IMG/VR virus record: IMGVR_UViG_3300030330_004093
Span: 39,014-103,013 of that record
DNA from: a virus
Taxonomy: Duplodnaviria > Caudoviricetes
Reading direction: 5' to 3' (one strand)
DNA: 64,000 nucleotides
Under the pieces are notes generated by a model, which ran no database searches, was not told where the DNA came from, and saw only the letters and a list, made by a program, of their open reading frames with translations. This document shows, in pieces, positions 1 through 10,572 of this stretch. A program made the position numbers and the translations under genes. The stretch's first letter is position 1, and the number at the start of each line of letters is the position of its first letter.

Positions 1-19
1 GGTAGCAGCTTTTATAAAT

Positions 20-820
20 ATGTTTAAAGAAGAACCAATTTTTGAACTAAACCCAGAAGGTCCAGGATACGAAAAGGTGAAAGTGTTAAATCAATCATTT
101 AATGATTGGCAAAGTGGATATGTTAGTGGAAAAGCTTCAGAATTGGAAAAGTTTAGTTCAAAAGATGAAGCAACCACTGCAGGTTCATCTGGTGCTTATG
201 TAGGGGCGTTAGGGATGGATACACCAATAAATAAATCAAACGTTGTTGATGAGTTGATAAATGATGAAGTATCTGATATAGAAACTGAAACAGACACAGA
301 GACGGAAGTACTACACGGTGTGGTTGATTTATTATCCTCTGTGATTAATTCACCAGCTGTAAAACCAGATGATATAAGTAAACGCTCATATATCTTAGTA
401 AAGGCTATAAATTACTTAAAACATATCGACACAGATAATATTATGTTTAATTATTTCTTACCAGATTTAATTAAAAAATTAATCTATTATAGTAGAAATA
501 TTTCTGATGAAGGTATGTTTGAAAAATATATACACCATATGAAATATGTGTACCAAACACTAAAGGTACTTAAGGACGACATTAACGTTAAACCATTTCC
601 ATATGAAGAGGAGATACTAGAACAAGGTATTGGAAATTCTGGAGCGTATGATACACCAGGGTTTGATAATCCAGCCATGACTGGAGATACACCAAGAGGT
701 ACAGGTCCAACATGGAAAAAACCAACAATAGCTGGTGGTAAAGAAGTTAAAGTAAAAGAAAAGTGTTCTGAGTTCCCATATTGCAATCAGGGGTCAGACG
801 CTATAGAAATAAGTAAATAA
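20..820 (+). CDS. hypothetical phage protein (may be 5'-truncated by the window edge)
   Basis: 266-aa ORF, no recognised family. Confidence 0.6.
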   Translation: MFKEEPIFELNPEGPGYEKVKVLNQSFNDWQSGYVSGKASELEKFSSKDEATTAGSSGAYVGALGMDTPINKSNVVDELINDEVSDIETETDTETEVLHGVVDLLSSVINSPAVKPDDISKRSYILVKAINYLKHIDTDNIMFNYFLPDLIKKLIYYSRNISDEGMFEKYIHHMKYVYQTLKVLKDDINVKPFPYEEEILEQGIGNSGAYDTPGFDNPAMTGDTPRGTGPTWKKPTIAGGKEVKVKEKCSEFPYCNQGSDAIEISK

Positions 821-839
821 TAAATTAAATAGAAAGATT

Positions 840-1190
840 GTGGGGAAAACAGGTAAATTAATAAGTAAAGTAATTGTAGCTATGGGAGTGGTTGCAGCGG
901 GGTCATATTTAATATTAAATGACTCTAATAGTGCTGAAGTAGATTCATTTGATAAATCAATATTTGAATTAGATTCAGTATCAACCGATAGCGTTAGTAT
1001 TTGTGACACTATACCAGTAATAGCTGAAGACACTATAGAACCTAAAACTACAGTAGTTAAGGAAATTCCAGTAAAAGACACTACAATAGTTAAATCTGTT
1101 GAAAACAGAACATTTAAAATTATATTATCAGTTAAGGATACTGTACTTTCGGATACATCAAGCCTTATGAAATCTTTTTACAAGAAATAA
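840..1190 (+). CDS. hypothetical protein with N-terminal membrane anchor/signal
   Basis: hydrophobic VIVAMGVVAAGSYLIL near N-terminus. Confidence 0.6.
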   Translation: MGKTGKLISKVIVAMGVVAAGSYLILNDSNSAEVDSFDKSIFELDSVSTDSVSICDTIPVIAEDTIEPKTTVVKEIPVKDTTIVKSVENRTFKIILSVKDTVLSDTSSLMKSFYKK

Positions 1191-1213
1191 GATAATTTTA
1201 GGTAAATATTAGA

Positions 1214-1220
1214 TATTTAT
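1214..1220 (+). promoter_or_regulatory. TATTTAT motif, candidate phage late promoter (representative copy)
   Basis: recurs shortly upstream of starts at 1214, 4262, 17269, 19051, 23873, 24959, 26782, 30678, 31957, 35897, 43496, including endolysin and holin-like genes. Confidence 0.55.
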
Positions 1221-1236
1221 ATAAATAAAGTAGATT

Positions 1237-2838
1237 ATGGACAAGAAAAATATAAAAAAACATTTAACAAGTACTTTTTTATCAGAAGATAAAAAACCTG
1301 TTGGATTAACCAGTACTGAAAAAATCCAAGCGGATTCAAAGAAGTTTAACGCAGATAATCAAAAAGAAGTTGCTAAAGAAATGGAAGGTTATGAGAAATC
1401 TTTGGAAAAAGAAACTGAACCTGTAAAATACGAGAATAGCGATTCTGATAAAGAGTATCATGAAGAAATGGAAACTATGAATGGTCTTGAAATGAATAGA
1501 TTTCAAAACGAACCGAGTGAAGCATTTAAAGAAAGAGCAGAAAAAGCTATAGCTGGTGATGCATCAATGGGTAACTCTCCAGACTACGCTAATGTTATAC
1601 CAGAAGACCAAGCAGGGTTTACTGGACCAGACTTTGGTAAAAACTTAGTAAAGAAAATTAAATCATCTAAAGAAAAAAGAGATAAATCTAGTGAATTAAG
1701 TAATAAGAATAAAACTAGTGTTAGTGGTACTGACTTTAAAGACAGTGCAATGAATAATAAATCACCTAAAAGTGTTGCTATATCAGAAAACAAAGAAAGC
1801 TCAAACTTCAAAGATAAGATTTATTATGCTGGTAAAGAATTAACTTTAGACACCATCTACAATGAAGATAAACAAAAATCATGGGATGATGACGCCCAAG
1901 CTATGATTGACTATCACAAAAAAAACGGTAAAAAGGCAGCTGTAATTCATAAGGGTAATGAACATGGGTTATATGTTGAAAAATCAATAAAAGAAAACAA
2001 ATCAAATAAAATGAAAAGACTTGTATTTAAAAAAGAATTTAAGGGTGTTGGGAATGCTCTTAATGTAATCCCAGAATCTTATAAGGTTGATGGAAAAGAA
2101 TTCCAAATGACTGATGGAAATGAAAAGTATGAAATCAGATGGGAAGGAAGCTTGACTGAAGGTAGAGCAATTGTTCTTAAGGCTTCAGATAAGAAACTTA
2201 TGAACGAAGACATGGAAAACATGAAACGTCTTATGGGGTATAAGTCTCAAGACACTCTTGGAACAGTTAAGGGTGCTGGTAGAATTGATGAAAACAAAAA
2301 ATTCAATGATATCTGGGGAAAGACAAAAAACCTTATGACTGAAATGACTGGTGGTTATGGATTTACTGGTGAGGGAAACCTTGAAGGAATGAAAGAATAT
2401 GACATGAGTGAAGACTCTGACCCTATCTTAACTAAACACTTATCTGATTTTTACAATAGAATTGGTAAACAAAAAGGGGATAGTCTAACACCAGAAGAAA
2501 AGAAAGAAGAAGAAAAGGTTTATTCTAATTATTTTAACAGTAAACACGACCATCCTGAAGATTTTATGGAAGGTAAGGACTTTCCAGACTTAACTGGTGA
2601 CGGTAAGGTAACTCAAGCTGATATTCTTAAGGGTAGAGGTGTTGAGTTAGATGAAAAAATCGCTGAAGAAGGTATGATATCTGAAAATCCTGAACAACCA
2701 TTAGGGTCAGTAGAATTAACACTTCAAGATGTTATTTTTCTAAATATAGGTTTAGAAAAATACCCATTTGAAAAAAGTCCTAGATTTTTGGAAACTGTAA
2801 GTAAGATTCAAAATTTAATGAAAAACATTAAAAGATAA
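1237..2838 (+). CDS. acidic/Lys-rich phage protein, paralogue of 2842..4194; contains EF-hand/dockerin-like DLTGDGKVTQAD motif
   Basis: shares ~110-aa domain MKRLxFKKxFxG...IPESYKVDGKEFxMTDGNE...LMG(Y/F)KSQ(D/E)TLGTVKGA(G/D)R(I/L)DENKKF with the next ORF. Confidence 0.75.
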   Translation: MDKKNIKKHLTSTFLSEDKKPVGLTSTEKIQADSKKFNADNQKEVAKEMEGYEKSLEKETEPVKYENSDSDKEYHEEMETMNGLEMNRFQNEPSEAFKERAEKAIAGDASMGNSPDYANVIPEDQAGFTGPDFGKNLVKKIKSSKEKRDKSSELSNKNKTSVSGTDFKDSAMNNKSPKSVAISENKESSNFKDKIYYAGKELTLDTIYNEDKQKSWDDDAQAMIDYHKKNGKKAAVIHKGNEHGLYVEKSIKENKSNKMKRLVFKKEFKGVGNALNVIPESYKVDGKEFQMTDGNEKYEIRWEGSLTEGRAIVLKASDKKLMNEDMENMKRLMGYKSQDTLGTVKGAGRIDENKKFNDIWGKTKNLMTEMTGGYGFTGEGNLEGMKEYDMSEDSDPILTKHLSDFYNRIGKQKGDSLTPEEKKEEEKVYSNYFNSKHDHPEDFMEGKDFPDLTGDGKVTQADILKGRGVELDEKIAEEGMISENPEQPLGSVELTLQDVIFLNIGLEKYPFEKSPRFLETVSKIQNLMKNIKR

Positions 2839-2841
2839 ATT

Positions 2842-4194
2842 ATGAAAAGACTTAAATTCAAAAAACCATTCAATGGAATGGATAACGCAAAGAAACTTAT
2901 TCCAGAATCTTATAAGGTTGATGGTAAGGAGTTTGAAATGACTGATGGTAATGAAACTTACAAAGTTAAGTGGTCGTCATTAATTAATGAAGGCATTGTA
3001 TTAACATCTTCCAATAAAGCTCAAATCAATGAAGATATGGGCAAAATGAAACATCTTATGGGATTTAAATCTCAAGAAACTCTTGGAACCGTTAAGGGTG
3101 CTGATAGACTTGATGAAAATAAGAAGTTTGGTGACGTGTTAGACAAGACAAAGAAACTAATTAATGAATCTGCAATTACTGAGGTAGAAGAAGAAATAGA
3201 CGAATCAATAGAAGAAGGTGAACACATTAAATCAGGAATGGGTGGTTCTAACAAAGGTAAGAGTAGAACTGACAAGACTGAAGTGTTAAAGAATAAGTCT
3301 AAGAAACAAAGAAGAAAAGCTGACAAGGAAGCTACAAAAGACATCAATGAAAATGATGTTGAAGCACTTCAAAGCGCATTAGGTGATAGCCCAAAGGTTG
3401 CAGCTGCAGCTAAAAAGGTAAACACTAGAGATGAAAAGTTTGAAGCAGCTATTGCTTACATTAATAACATGGTTGGTGACAATGATGTATTAAAAAGTAA
3501 AATAGCTAGAACATTATTAAAAAAAGACGGTAGCGATGTTGTAAATGAGTTTGATGGAGATGAAGACGAGTACGAATACTACCGTAGAGGAGGAAGAGAG
3601 CTTGACGATTATCTAGATGATGCAGAAAAGGAAGCTAGAAGAGCAAAAGAATCTGGAATCTTTAAAGACGATTTACCACCAGGACCTTCAGACGAAGAAG
3701 AACAAGCTGCTCAAGTTTACGAAGATGACTTACCAATACCACCAGGACCTTCAGACGAAGAAGAACAAGCTGCTCAAGTTTACGAAGATAGATTTGACGA
3801 AGTTTTTGAAGGTATGTATGAGGGAGATGATATTGAAACATTAGATGAAGGTTTAAAAAACTGGATAGCTGCTGGTCTTATTACAATAGGTAGTATTGCT
3901 GGTATAGGTAAAGTTATACAATTAGATAATCAAGCACAGGAAGCTAAAATGGAGTACTATCAAAATGTGTTATCACCTAAAACTGGTGATATAGAAAAAA
4001 TGGCTGAATTAGGTCATGAAATTCAAGATGAAACACATGAGTTAGCGATGAGTATGGACCTAATTAAAACTATATCACAGGAAGAAGGTGGTATGAAAAA
4101 CTATTGGGCTGATTTCGCAAAGACTAAACTACAGAAAAATCCACAAGATTTCTCGGTAGACCAATCTGGTACTATACATTATACACCAAAATAA
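2842..4194 (+). CDS. acidic phage protein, paralogue of 1237..2838
   Basis: shared domain at N-terminus; internal peptide duplication; followed by terminator. Confidence 0.75.
   Translation: MKRLKFKKPFNGMDNAKKLIPESYKVDGKEFEMTDGNETYKVKWSSLINEGIVLTSSNKAQINEDMGKMKHLMGFKSQETLGTVKGADRLDENKKFGDVLDKTKKLINESAITEVEEEIDESIEEGEHIKSGMGGSNKGKSRTDKTEVLKNKSKKQRRKADKEATKDINENDVEALQSALGDSPKVAAAAKKVNTRDEKFEAAIAYINNMVGDNDVLKSKIARTLLKKDGSDVVNEFDGDEDEYEYYRRGGRELDDYLDDAEKEARRAKESGIFKDDLPPGPSDEEEQAAQVYEDDLPIPPGPSDEEEQAAQVYEDRFDEVFEGMYEGDDIETLDEGLKNWIAAGLITIGSIAGIGKVIQLDNQAQEAKMEYYQNVLSPKTGDIEKMAELGHEIQDETHELAMSMDLIKTISQEEGGMKNYWADFAKTKLQKNPQDFSVDQSGTIHYTPK
3675..3789 (+). repeat. 52-nt exact direct repeat x2 (PPGPSDEEEQAAQVYED)
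   Basis: 3675-3726 is identical to 3738-3789. Confidence 0.95.
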
Positions 4195-4220
4195 ATTGGT
4201 AATCCATTTATAAATAAATT

Positions 4221-4249
4221 AAACCCTCCCCTAATAAGGAGGGTTTTTT
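4221..4249 (+). terminator. rho-independent terminator
   Basis: aaaccctcc...ggagggttt followed by T-run. Confidence 0.8.
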
Positions 4250-4275
4250 ATTATTTATAGATATTTATTAATAAG

Positions 4276-4950
4276 ATGTTTTATAAAATAATACAATTAT
4301 TAATTAATCTTTTCACATCAAAAAAAACTGAAACGGTTAATAATGATTTGGAACCACAAATTGTGGCACCGAAAGAAGAAGAAGTAATAATAGATAATAA
4401 AAAAGATAAAGACATGGAAAAAGTTTCGGAATATGTTTCATTGGCAGAAGTAACTCATAGTAATACCGCAATAAGTAAAGGATTAGATAATACACCAACA
4501 TTAAATCAGTTAATGCTTATACAATCTCTGTGTATTAATGTTTTTGATAAATTAAGAGAACACACAGGTAAACCAATAAAGATAAACTCGGTATTTAGGG
4601 GACCAGAATTAAATGAAGCTATTGGCGGGTCAAAAAATTCACAACATTGTGTGGGGTTAGACCCTAGTGAACGTAATTATGGTGCGGCAATGGATATTGA
4701 TGATTATTACTGGAGAAAGAGTATTAATAAGTTTAACAACACAGAGATGGGTGACTGGATTAGAGAGAATTTAGATTATGACCAATTAATATACGAAAGA
4801 CCTGTAAATGGTTATCCAGGGTGGATTCATGTTTCTTATAGACCAGATGGTAAAAATAGAAAACAAAACTTAATATATTTGGGTGGTGGCAAGTATATAC
4901 CATACGAAGGCAATGAAAGTATAATAAAAAATCCAGATTTGGATAAATAA
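4276..4950 (+). CDS. peptidase M15A family (Zn D-Ala-D-Ala peptidase fold), probable endolysin
   Basis: INSVFRGPELNEAIGGSKNSQH...AMDID...GWIHVSY M15A motifs. Confidence 0.85.
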   Translation: MFYKIIQLLINLFTSKKTETVNNDLEPQIVAPKEEEVIIDNKKDKDMEKVSEYVSLAEVTHSNTAISKGLDNTPTLNQLMLIQSLCINVFDKLREHTGKPIKINSVFRGPELNEAIGGSKNSQHCVGLDPSERNYGAAMDIDDYYWRKSINKFNNTEMGDWIRENLDYDQLIYERPVNGYPGWIHVSYRPDGKNRKQNLIYLGGGKYIPYEGNESIIKNPDLDK

Positions 4951-4989
4951 CATTTATTTTCCAGAGACATAAATTATATTTGTTTTGTA

Positions 4990-5466
4990 ATGGAAAATAT
5001 TGATAAAAGTTTAAAATTCTTGAGTTATATAAAGACACCACTAAGCGAGAACAGTGTTAATGTATTATTAAATGCTAATAATATCAAACACAACTGTTCT
5101 GAACTATATAGTGATTTTATTCAGTCATTATTCTCCTTAATATTTGACACCTATATGGGTGATGATATAACATCAGAAATAGACAGGATATATCATTTTA
5201 AATGGTGTTGGAAGAAAAATATAGAAAACTTTAATGATGAAGGTATAAATTTTGTTGACACAAAAGAAGCTTACTATTATTTCCTAGAATTTATGTGTGA
5301 AGTATATTACTCAGTAGAACAAAAAGAGTCCAAACCACAGATACCAGAAACCATAAAAAACCTATGGTATAAGTTATTTTCATATGGGTCACAAAAGACT
5401 CGTTCTGATATTGATAACTTCATAGAGATATATAATATTTTGGATAAATCTTTAAAAAAACACTAA
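4990..5466 (+). CDS. hypothetical protein
   Basis: 158-aa ORF in operon context. Confidence 0.65.
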   Translation: MENIDKSLKFLSYIKTPLSENSVNVLLNANNIKHNCSELYSDFIQSLFSLIFDTYMGDDITSEIDRIYHFKWCWKKNIENFNDEGINFVDTKEAYYYFLEFMCEVYYSVEQKESKPQIPETIKNLWYKLFSYGSQKTRSDIDNFIEIYNILDKSLKKH

Positions 5467-5744
5467 AAACCCCCATTTAAGCTTTATTTATTAATTATTA
5501 TCCTTATAATTGGAAAATGAGGACTATTAATATAATTCTAATGGAACTAGGTTTAGACAAACTTAAGATAGAGGATAAACTTGAAAAGTTAATCAACTCA
5601 AATGATGATATTGATGAAAAAACTAAAGAAATTAAATCAATATTAAGAGAAATAGTCATGATTGACGAAATGATTAAAAAATGGCAAGAGTATATGCCAG
5701 GCGAAGAGCCAAAAAATAATAACGAATAATTAAAATTAATTAAA

Positions 5745-5918
5745 ATGAAAAAATTCGAAAATTTAAAAGAGATTATTGAAAGTATCTCTGAGGATGTTGC
5801 TAAGTTTGATGAAAAAGGTAACAAAGCTGCTGGAACTAGGGTAAGACAAGGTTTACAGCAAATTAAAACGGTAGCGCAAGACCTTAGAAAAGAAATTTCT
5901 GAGAGAAAGAACGCTTAA
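5745..5918 (+). CDS. Bacteroidota histone H1-like (Hc1-type) small protein, absent from the ORF track
   Basis: MKKFENLKEIIESISEDVAKFDEKGNKAAGTRVRQGLQQIKTVAQDLRKEISERKNA; KGNKAAGTRxR signature. Confidence 0.8.
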   Translation: MKKFENLKEIIESISEDVAKFDEKGNKAAGTRVRQGLQQIKTVAQDLRKEISERKNA

Positions 5919-6148
5919 TAAATATTGTTTGAATGGATATACTTAATAAAATATTGTTAACCGTGTTAGTTATGTCATCCTTGAATGTCATAAGACACTT
6001 ATATTATTTTACACAAGCTTGGGTAAAATCGGACACCGAAACACCTCAAAAGTATAAATTGGGTAATGGTTCGTTGTGGGTTTTAAGTATGTCCATTTCT
6101 TACATTATAACATCACTTATTTGTGGTGTTTTTATATAAAAAACATTT

Positions 6149-6817
6149 ATGAGTAATATACAAGAAAGACTAGACTCATTACAACCACACATCATTGGAA
6201 TTAGATACGTACAAGGTGTGCAAGTTGTTGACGCAGCATTTAAGAGCGGTTGGACAATACCAGATTCAGATATAATCAAAAAAGACTTAATAGAAAAGGA
6301 CAATAATTACTATGTGTTCTATACTGAAAAGGAAGGGGTTACATTTGATGACCTATTAGACTATATTGAAGGTATAATCTCTATCAACATAGAAAGAGAA
6401 AAGAAGCACGAACTTTTTAAAGCTAAAGTAAAAGAGTTACAAGAAATATTCAAAACTAATAACCTATCTAAGTTAAAATTATTAAACTTTAAATTTGACG
6501 AACCTGTTTTGAGCTTTGATAGTTCTAGTGAGATTAACATAGACATCACACCTAATGAAGTTGTTGAGGAAAAACAAGAGTTAGATGAATCTAATGTACC
6601 AGAAGAAAGGGAGGATGATACTAATTCAGAAGTTGTTAATGAAACTACAGAGACAAGTGTTGAAGAAAATACAGATACTTCAGTGACTAGAAAGGTTAAA
6701 AATCAAGAAATAGAATTACCACCAAAGAGGGAAAAAATAGAACTTCAAGAATTTAAGAAACCAGAAATTATATGTAATTGTAGTAATGGTGAGATTTGTA
6801 TAGAATGTGCTGAATAA
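6149..6817 (+). CDS. hypothetical protein with C-terminal Cys cluster
   Basis: ends ICNCSNGEICIECAE. Confidence 0.65.
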   Translation: MSNIQERLDSLQPHIIGIRYVQGVQVVDAAFKSGWTIPDSDIIKKDLIEKDNNYYVFYTEKEGVTFDDLLDYIEGIISINIEREKKHELFKAKVKELQEIFKTNNLSKLKLLNFKFDEPVLSFDSSSEINIDITPNEVVEEKQELDESNVPEEREDDTNSEVVNETTETSVEENTDTSVTRKVKNQEIELPPKREKIELQEFKKPEIICNCSNGEICIECAE

Positions 6818-6876
6818 AACTATAAGTTTATTTTTTTATTTAAAATTTTTTTCATACCTTAGTTTAAATACTAAAT

Positions 6877-7086
6877 ATGGAAAAACTAAAAATTAATAAA
6901 ACTGTAGTTAAAGAAGTTAAAAAACTAAATAGGTCAAATCAAAGATTAATAATCTTAAGAGACGTTTACGGAAAAAGCTTTGAGGAGATATCAATTAAAA
7001 CTGGATTAACCGAAGACGAGGTTAAATCAAAAATATTTAAGATTAGGAAAAAAATAAAGGATAAGGTAAAACCCCTTATCCCTTAG
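6877..7086 (+). CDS. sigma70 region-4-like HTH protein
   Basis: LIILRDVYGKSFEEISIKTGLTEDEVKSKIFKIRKKIK resembles ECF region 4.2. Confidence 0.7.
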   Translation: MEKLKINKTVVKEVKKLNRSNQRLIILRDVYGKSFEEISIKTGLTEDEVKSKIFKIRKKIKDKVKPLIP

Positions 7087-7417
7087 TCTTACTTTCAAAA
7101 AATTCTTGTACTGTATTTATGAACCAAACTATTCCAGATGAAAAAACACCATCAAGGAATAATATCAATACTAAAGAATCAAACCCCATATTAGCAGTGA
7201 TTGATAAGGTACTATCACCAAAGTAAATCGATAAAAACGAAACCAAGGGTCCAATCCATGTTGGTAGGCACATGAAACATGTGAATAACTTATAAAGACT
7301 GTAATCACCTTCACCTAACTTATTTAGTAGATTTCTCCACCAAGAAAAGTTACTACCCCATATTAGTATATTACAAATACCATATACAATAAACGAATAA
7401 ATAAATATATTTGTCAT
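7076..7417 (-). CDS. membrane protein with CxxC (DUF1360-like)
   Basis: LFTCFMCLPTWIG plus several TM segments. Confidence 0.6.
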   Translation of the reverse strand: MTNIFIYSFIVYGICNILIWGSNFSWWRNLLNKLGEGDYSLYKLFTCFMCLPTWIGPLVSFLSIYFGDSTLSITANMGFDSLVLILFLDGVFSSGIVWFINTVQEFFESKTKG

Positions 7418-8101
7418 AGTAAAATATTTTTTACAAATATACTACATATTACAAAATATGAAAGTATTTATCTAAAGTATTTACATATTGTCAAAAAATA
7501 AGTACATTTGTTTTATGAAGCGGAATATGAAAAATCCCATACCACTTGAACAAGTTTTAAGCAAGTTTAATCAACATAATAAGGAATTTATCAAAAATTT
7601 AGATAGGGAAGAAATTATAGAAAATGTTGAAACTGTTGATGTAATAGAAAACGAGATTAAAGCAATTAAACTAAATACTCAACGAAACAAAGATAAGTTT
7701 ATAAATGAACTAAAATCTAGTTTAGGGGAAGAGTTAAAAAACAACCCTAGTGAGGTTAAGAAAATAAAGAAAGGTTTTTGGGAAAAAGTTAAAAATAATT
7801 TAAAAAATATATTTACTAGGTTTTAATATGACATACGATGAACTAATTAATACTATATCAGAAATAGTTAACAATAAAGAAATATTCAAAGAAGGGTTAA
7901 CATTAACTTACGAATTGGATGAGGATAACCATAAAAAAATGGATGAACATTTGTTTTATAAAGCCAATCCAGAAGGTGTTGATTTTGAACACAAAGATAC
8001 TGTGTTTGTTAATTTTGGTGAGATAAAAGTTAAATTTATTAAAAAAGATTTGGACAATTGATTAATTTTTTCTATATTTGATTATGATTAAAAAAAAAGA
8101 T

Positions 8102-8614
8102 ATGAAAGAGTTATTATTTTTGGTGATTAAAATTTTTTTATTAGCTACATTATTGACTATTTGTTCTTGTAGGAAGGATGACGAATATATGCCATGGGTT
8201 AATGTACCAGAGGAACAAAATGACACAACTCAATGGCAAGATAATTATAGTGATGGAGGGACGTTACCTTACGACACTTCATATAGTTCAGGTATTGTAG
8301 GTACTAAATGGGTTTTAACTAAAATGGTTACAGCATTTGCTACTGAATACCCAAATGACACTATAGAGTTTTTAACACAAAATAATTATATAATATATGG
8401 AAGTCCAGTAGTTAGAAATTACCAACTTAACTCAATTGTAGGGTCAACTGACTACAGTTTATCACTCTACTATTTCACATCATTTGGTGGTGGACATTAC
8501 AGTGCTAACGTTGGATACTACTTTATAGATGATGGAGTAATTGATAATGCTGAATTTCATAACAATTACAATTCTACCACAAGCAAAATTAGAGCGTGGT
8601 TTGAAAAAATATAA
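8102..8614 (+). CDS. putative lipoprotein
   Basis: signal peptide ending LLTICSC followed by RKDD. Confidence 0.6.
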   Translation: MKELLFLVIKIFLLATLLTICSCRKDDEYMPWVNVPEEQNDTTQWQDNYSDGGTLPYDTSYSSGIVGTKWVLTKMVTAFATEYPNDTIEFLTQNNYIIYGSPVVRNYQLNSIVGSTDYSLSLYYFTSFGGGHYSANVGYYFIDDGVIDNAEFHNNYNSTTSKIRAWFEKI

Positions 8615-8976
8615 TGGACTATTAAAATGAAAAATACCACAAAAAAACAAACAAAAAAAATTAGTGAAAAATTAGATAATATTTATATAATTAAGTTAAT
8701 CGAAAATAGTAACTCGCATAAGGATTTAGGTAAAAGTATAGAAGATTACTACAATTACATTAAAAATAATTTATAAAATGATAAATAAAGAGAAGGGTGA
8801 CTTATACGATAAGTATGTTTCAGAGGTTAGTATAATACAAAGGCAGATATCAAAACTTAAGTCTGAATATGTTGTAAATGTACCAGAAAACATACAAAAA
8901 GAAATCGAAAGTAAAGAGTTAAAGATTAAAGAATATGAAAGATTACTAAAAAATCTTTTTGAATATTAAAAAAGGG

Positions 8977-9007
8977 TTGACAAAAGTAAATTATTTTTAT
9001 ATATTTG
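8977..9007 (+). promoter_or_regulatory. host-type (Bacteroidota sigma70) promoter TTGACA-N17-TATATTTG (representative copy)
   Basis: contains the Bacteroidota -7 consensus TAnnTTTG; TATATTTG also at 14008, 16241, 18240, 31501, 34582, 38280, 51507, 54210. Confidence 0.75.
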
Positions 9008-9036
9008 TATAACGTTAAATTTTAAAACTAGGAATC

Positions 9037-10491
9037 ATGACTAAATTGGTGAACGCATTAAGGACTAACGACAAGTTAACTGAAAACGGAATGGCAACTA
9101 ATAGCACTTCTTTAAATAGCTGTGTCGATTTATTTTTCAAGATAGGTGCTTTAAGAGGGCAAGACAAATTGAAAAAAATAAATGTCTTTAGTAGAGCATA
9201 TGGTGAAAACCCACTTTTAGCCATGAAATTAATTTTCTGGGCCAGAGACGTTAGAGGTGGTGCTGGTGAAAGAGGTACGTTTAGAGAGATTATTACTTAT
9301 ATAGCTAATAATAGAACTGAGTCACTTAGAAAAAACTTACACCTTATACCAGAGTACGGTAGATGGGATGATATGCTAACCTTAGTTGGTACTAAGTTAG
9401 AAACTGAAGCTTTATCAGTAATTGCTACTGCCCTTAAAGAAGGTAATGGGTTAGCCGCTAAATGGATGCCTAGTGTTAACGGTAAAAATAAAGAAAAAAA
9501 GAAGCTTGCTTCTGTTCTTAGAAAATATTTAAAACTTACACCAAAGGCGTATAGAAAGATGTTGTCAGAACTTTCCAACACCGTTGAGCAATTGATGTGT
9601 GCTAAAGATTATGAAAACATAAACTATAGTCACGTACCATCTAAGGCTATGTCTGATTATATGAAAGCCTTCACTAAAAATGATGGTATAAGATTCGGTG
9701 ATTACTTAGATTCCTTGTCGAAAGGTGAAGCCAAGATAAACGCTGGCGCTATTTACCCTTATGACGTAACGAAGAATCTTAATTACGGTTCTTCAGAAGG
9801 TGCTTCAGAACAATGGAAAGCGTTACCAAACTACATGGAAGGTAACAACGAAAGAGTTTTACCAGTGGTAGATACTTCAGGTTCTATGGGTATTTCTGCT
9901 GGAGGTAGTGCAAAGTTAACTTGTTTAGATGTAGCTTTATCGTTAGGTTTATACATTTCAGAAAGAAATGAGGGTGCATTTAAAGATGCGTTCATGACGT
10001 TTTCTAGTAGACCAACTTTACAGTATTTAAATGGTGACTTATCTGATAGATTCAACCAACTTACTCGCGCAGATTGGGGTATGAATACAGATATAGAAGC
10101 TACATTTTTAGAGATTCTAAGTAAAGCTAAGGAAAATAATGTTTCTGAGTCTGAAATGCCAACTATGATTTTGATACTTTCAGATATGGAGTTTGATAAA
10201 GCTAAAGGTATCACTTGTTACGGTGATACAAATACATGGAACCCAACAGCGCAAACCATGATTGAGGAAAGTTATACTGAAGCTGGATATAAGGTTCCAA
10301 AGATTGTATATTGGAACATACAGTCTAGAAACGAAAATGTCCCAGTACAATTCGATAAGGATGGTACGGCATTAGTTTCTGGGTTTAGTCCAGCATTATT
10401 AACTGGCTTATTGTCTGGTGAAGATATAACTCCAGAATCAATTATGATGAAGATTATAGGTAGTGAAAGATACGCACCAGTTACGGTTTAA
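9037..10491 (+). CDS. DUF2828-type TROVE/Ro60-like protein with C-terminal vWA domain
   Basis: TENG..., ARDVRGGAGER, YGRWDD, LAAKWMP, VVDTSGSM (MIDAS), ILSDMEFD, IVYWN, LVSGFSP. Confidence 0.85.
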   Translation: MTKLVNALRTNDKLTENGMATNSTSLNSCVDLFFKIGALRGQDKLKKINVFSRAYGENPLLAMKLIFWARDVRGGAGERGTFREIITYIANNRTESLRKNLHLIPEYGRWDDMLTLVGTKLETEALSVIATALKEGNGLAAKWMPSVNGKNKEKKKLASVLRKYLKLTPKAYRKMLSELSNTVEQLMCAKDYENINYSHVPSKAMSDYMKAFTKNDGIRFGDYLDSLSKGEAKINAGAIYPYDVTKNLNYGSSEGASEQWKALPNYMEGNNERVLPVVDTSGSMGISAGGSAKLTCLDVALSLGLYISERNEGAFKDAFMTFSSRPTLQYLNGDLSDRFNQLTRADWGMNTDIEATFLEILSKAKENNVSESEMPTMILILSDMEFDKAKGITCYGDTNTWNPTAQTMIEESYTEAGYKVPKIVYWNIQSRNENVPVQFDKDGTALVSGFSPALLTGLLSGEDITPESIMMKIIGSERYAPVTV

Positions 10492-10540
10492 AACACTCTT
10501 CTTTTATTCAAAGAATGTCTTACACATTCTTAATTGTAAA

Positions 10541-10572
10541 AAAAGGGTTATATTTGAATATAACCCTTTTTT
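10541..10572 (+). terminator. rho-independent terminator
   Basis: aaagggttata...tataaccctttt. Confidence 0.8.
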
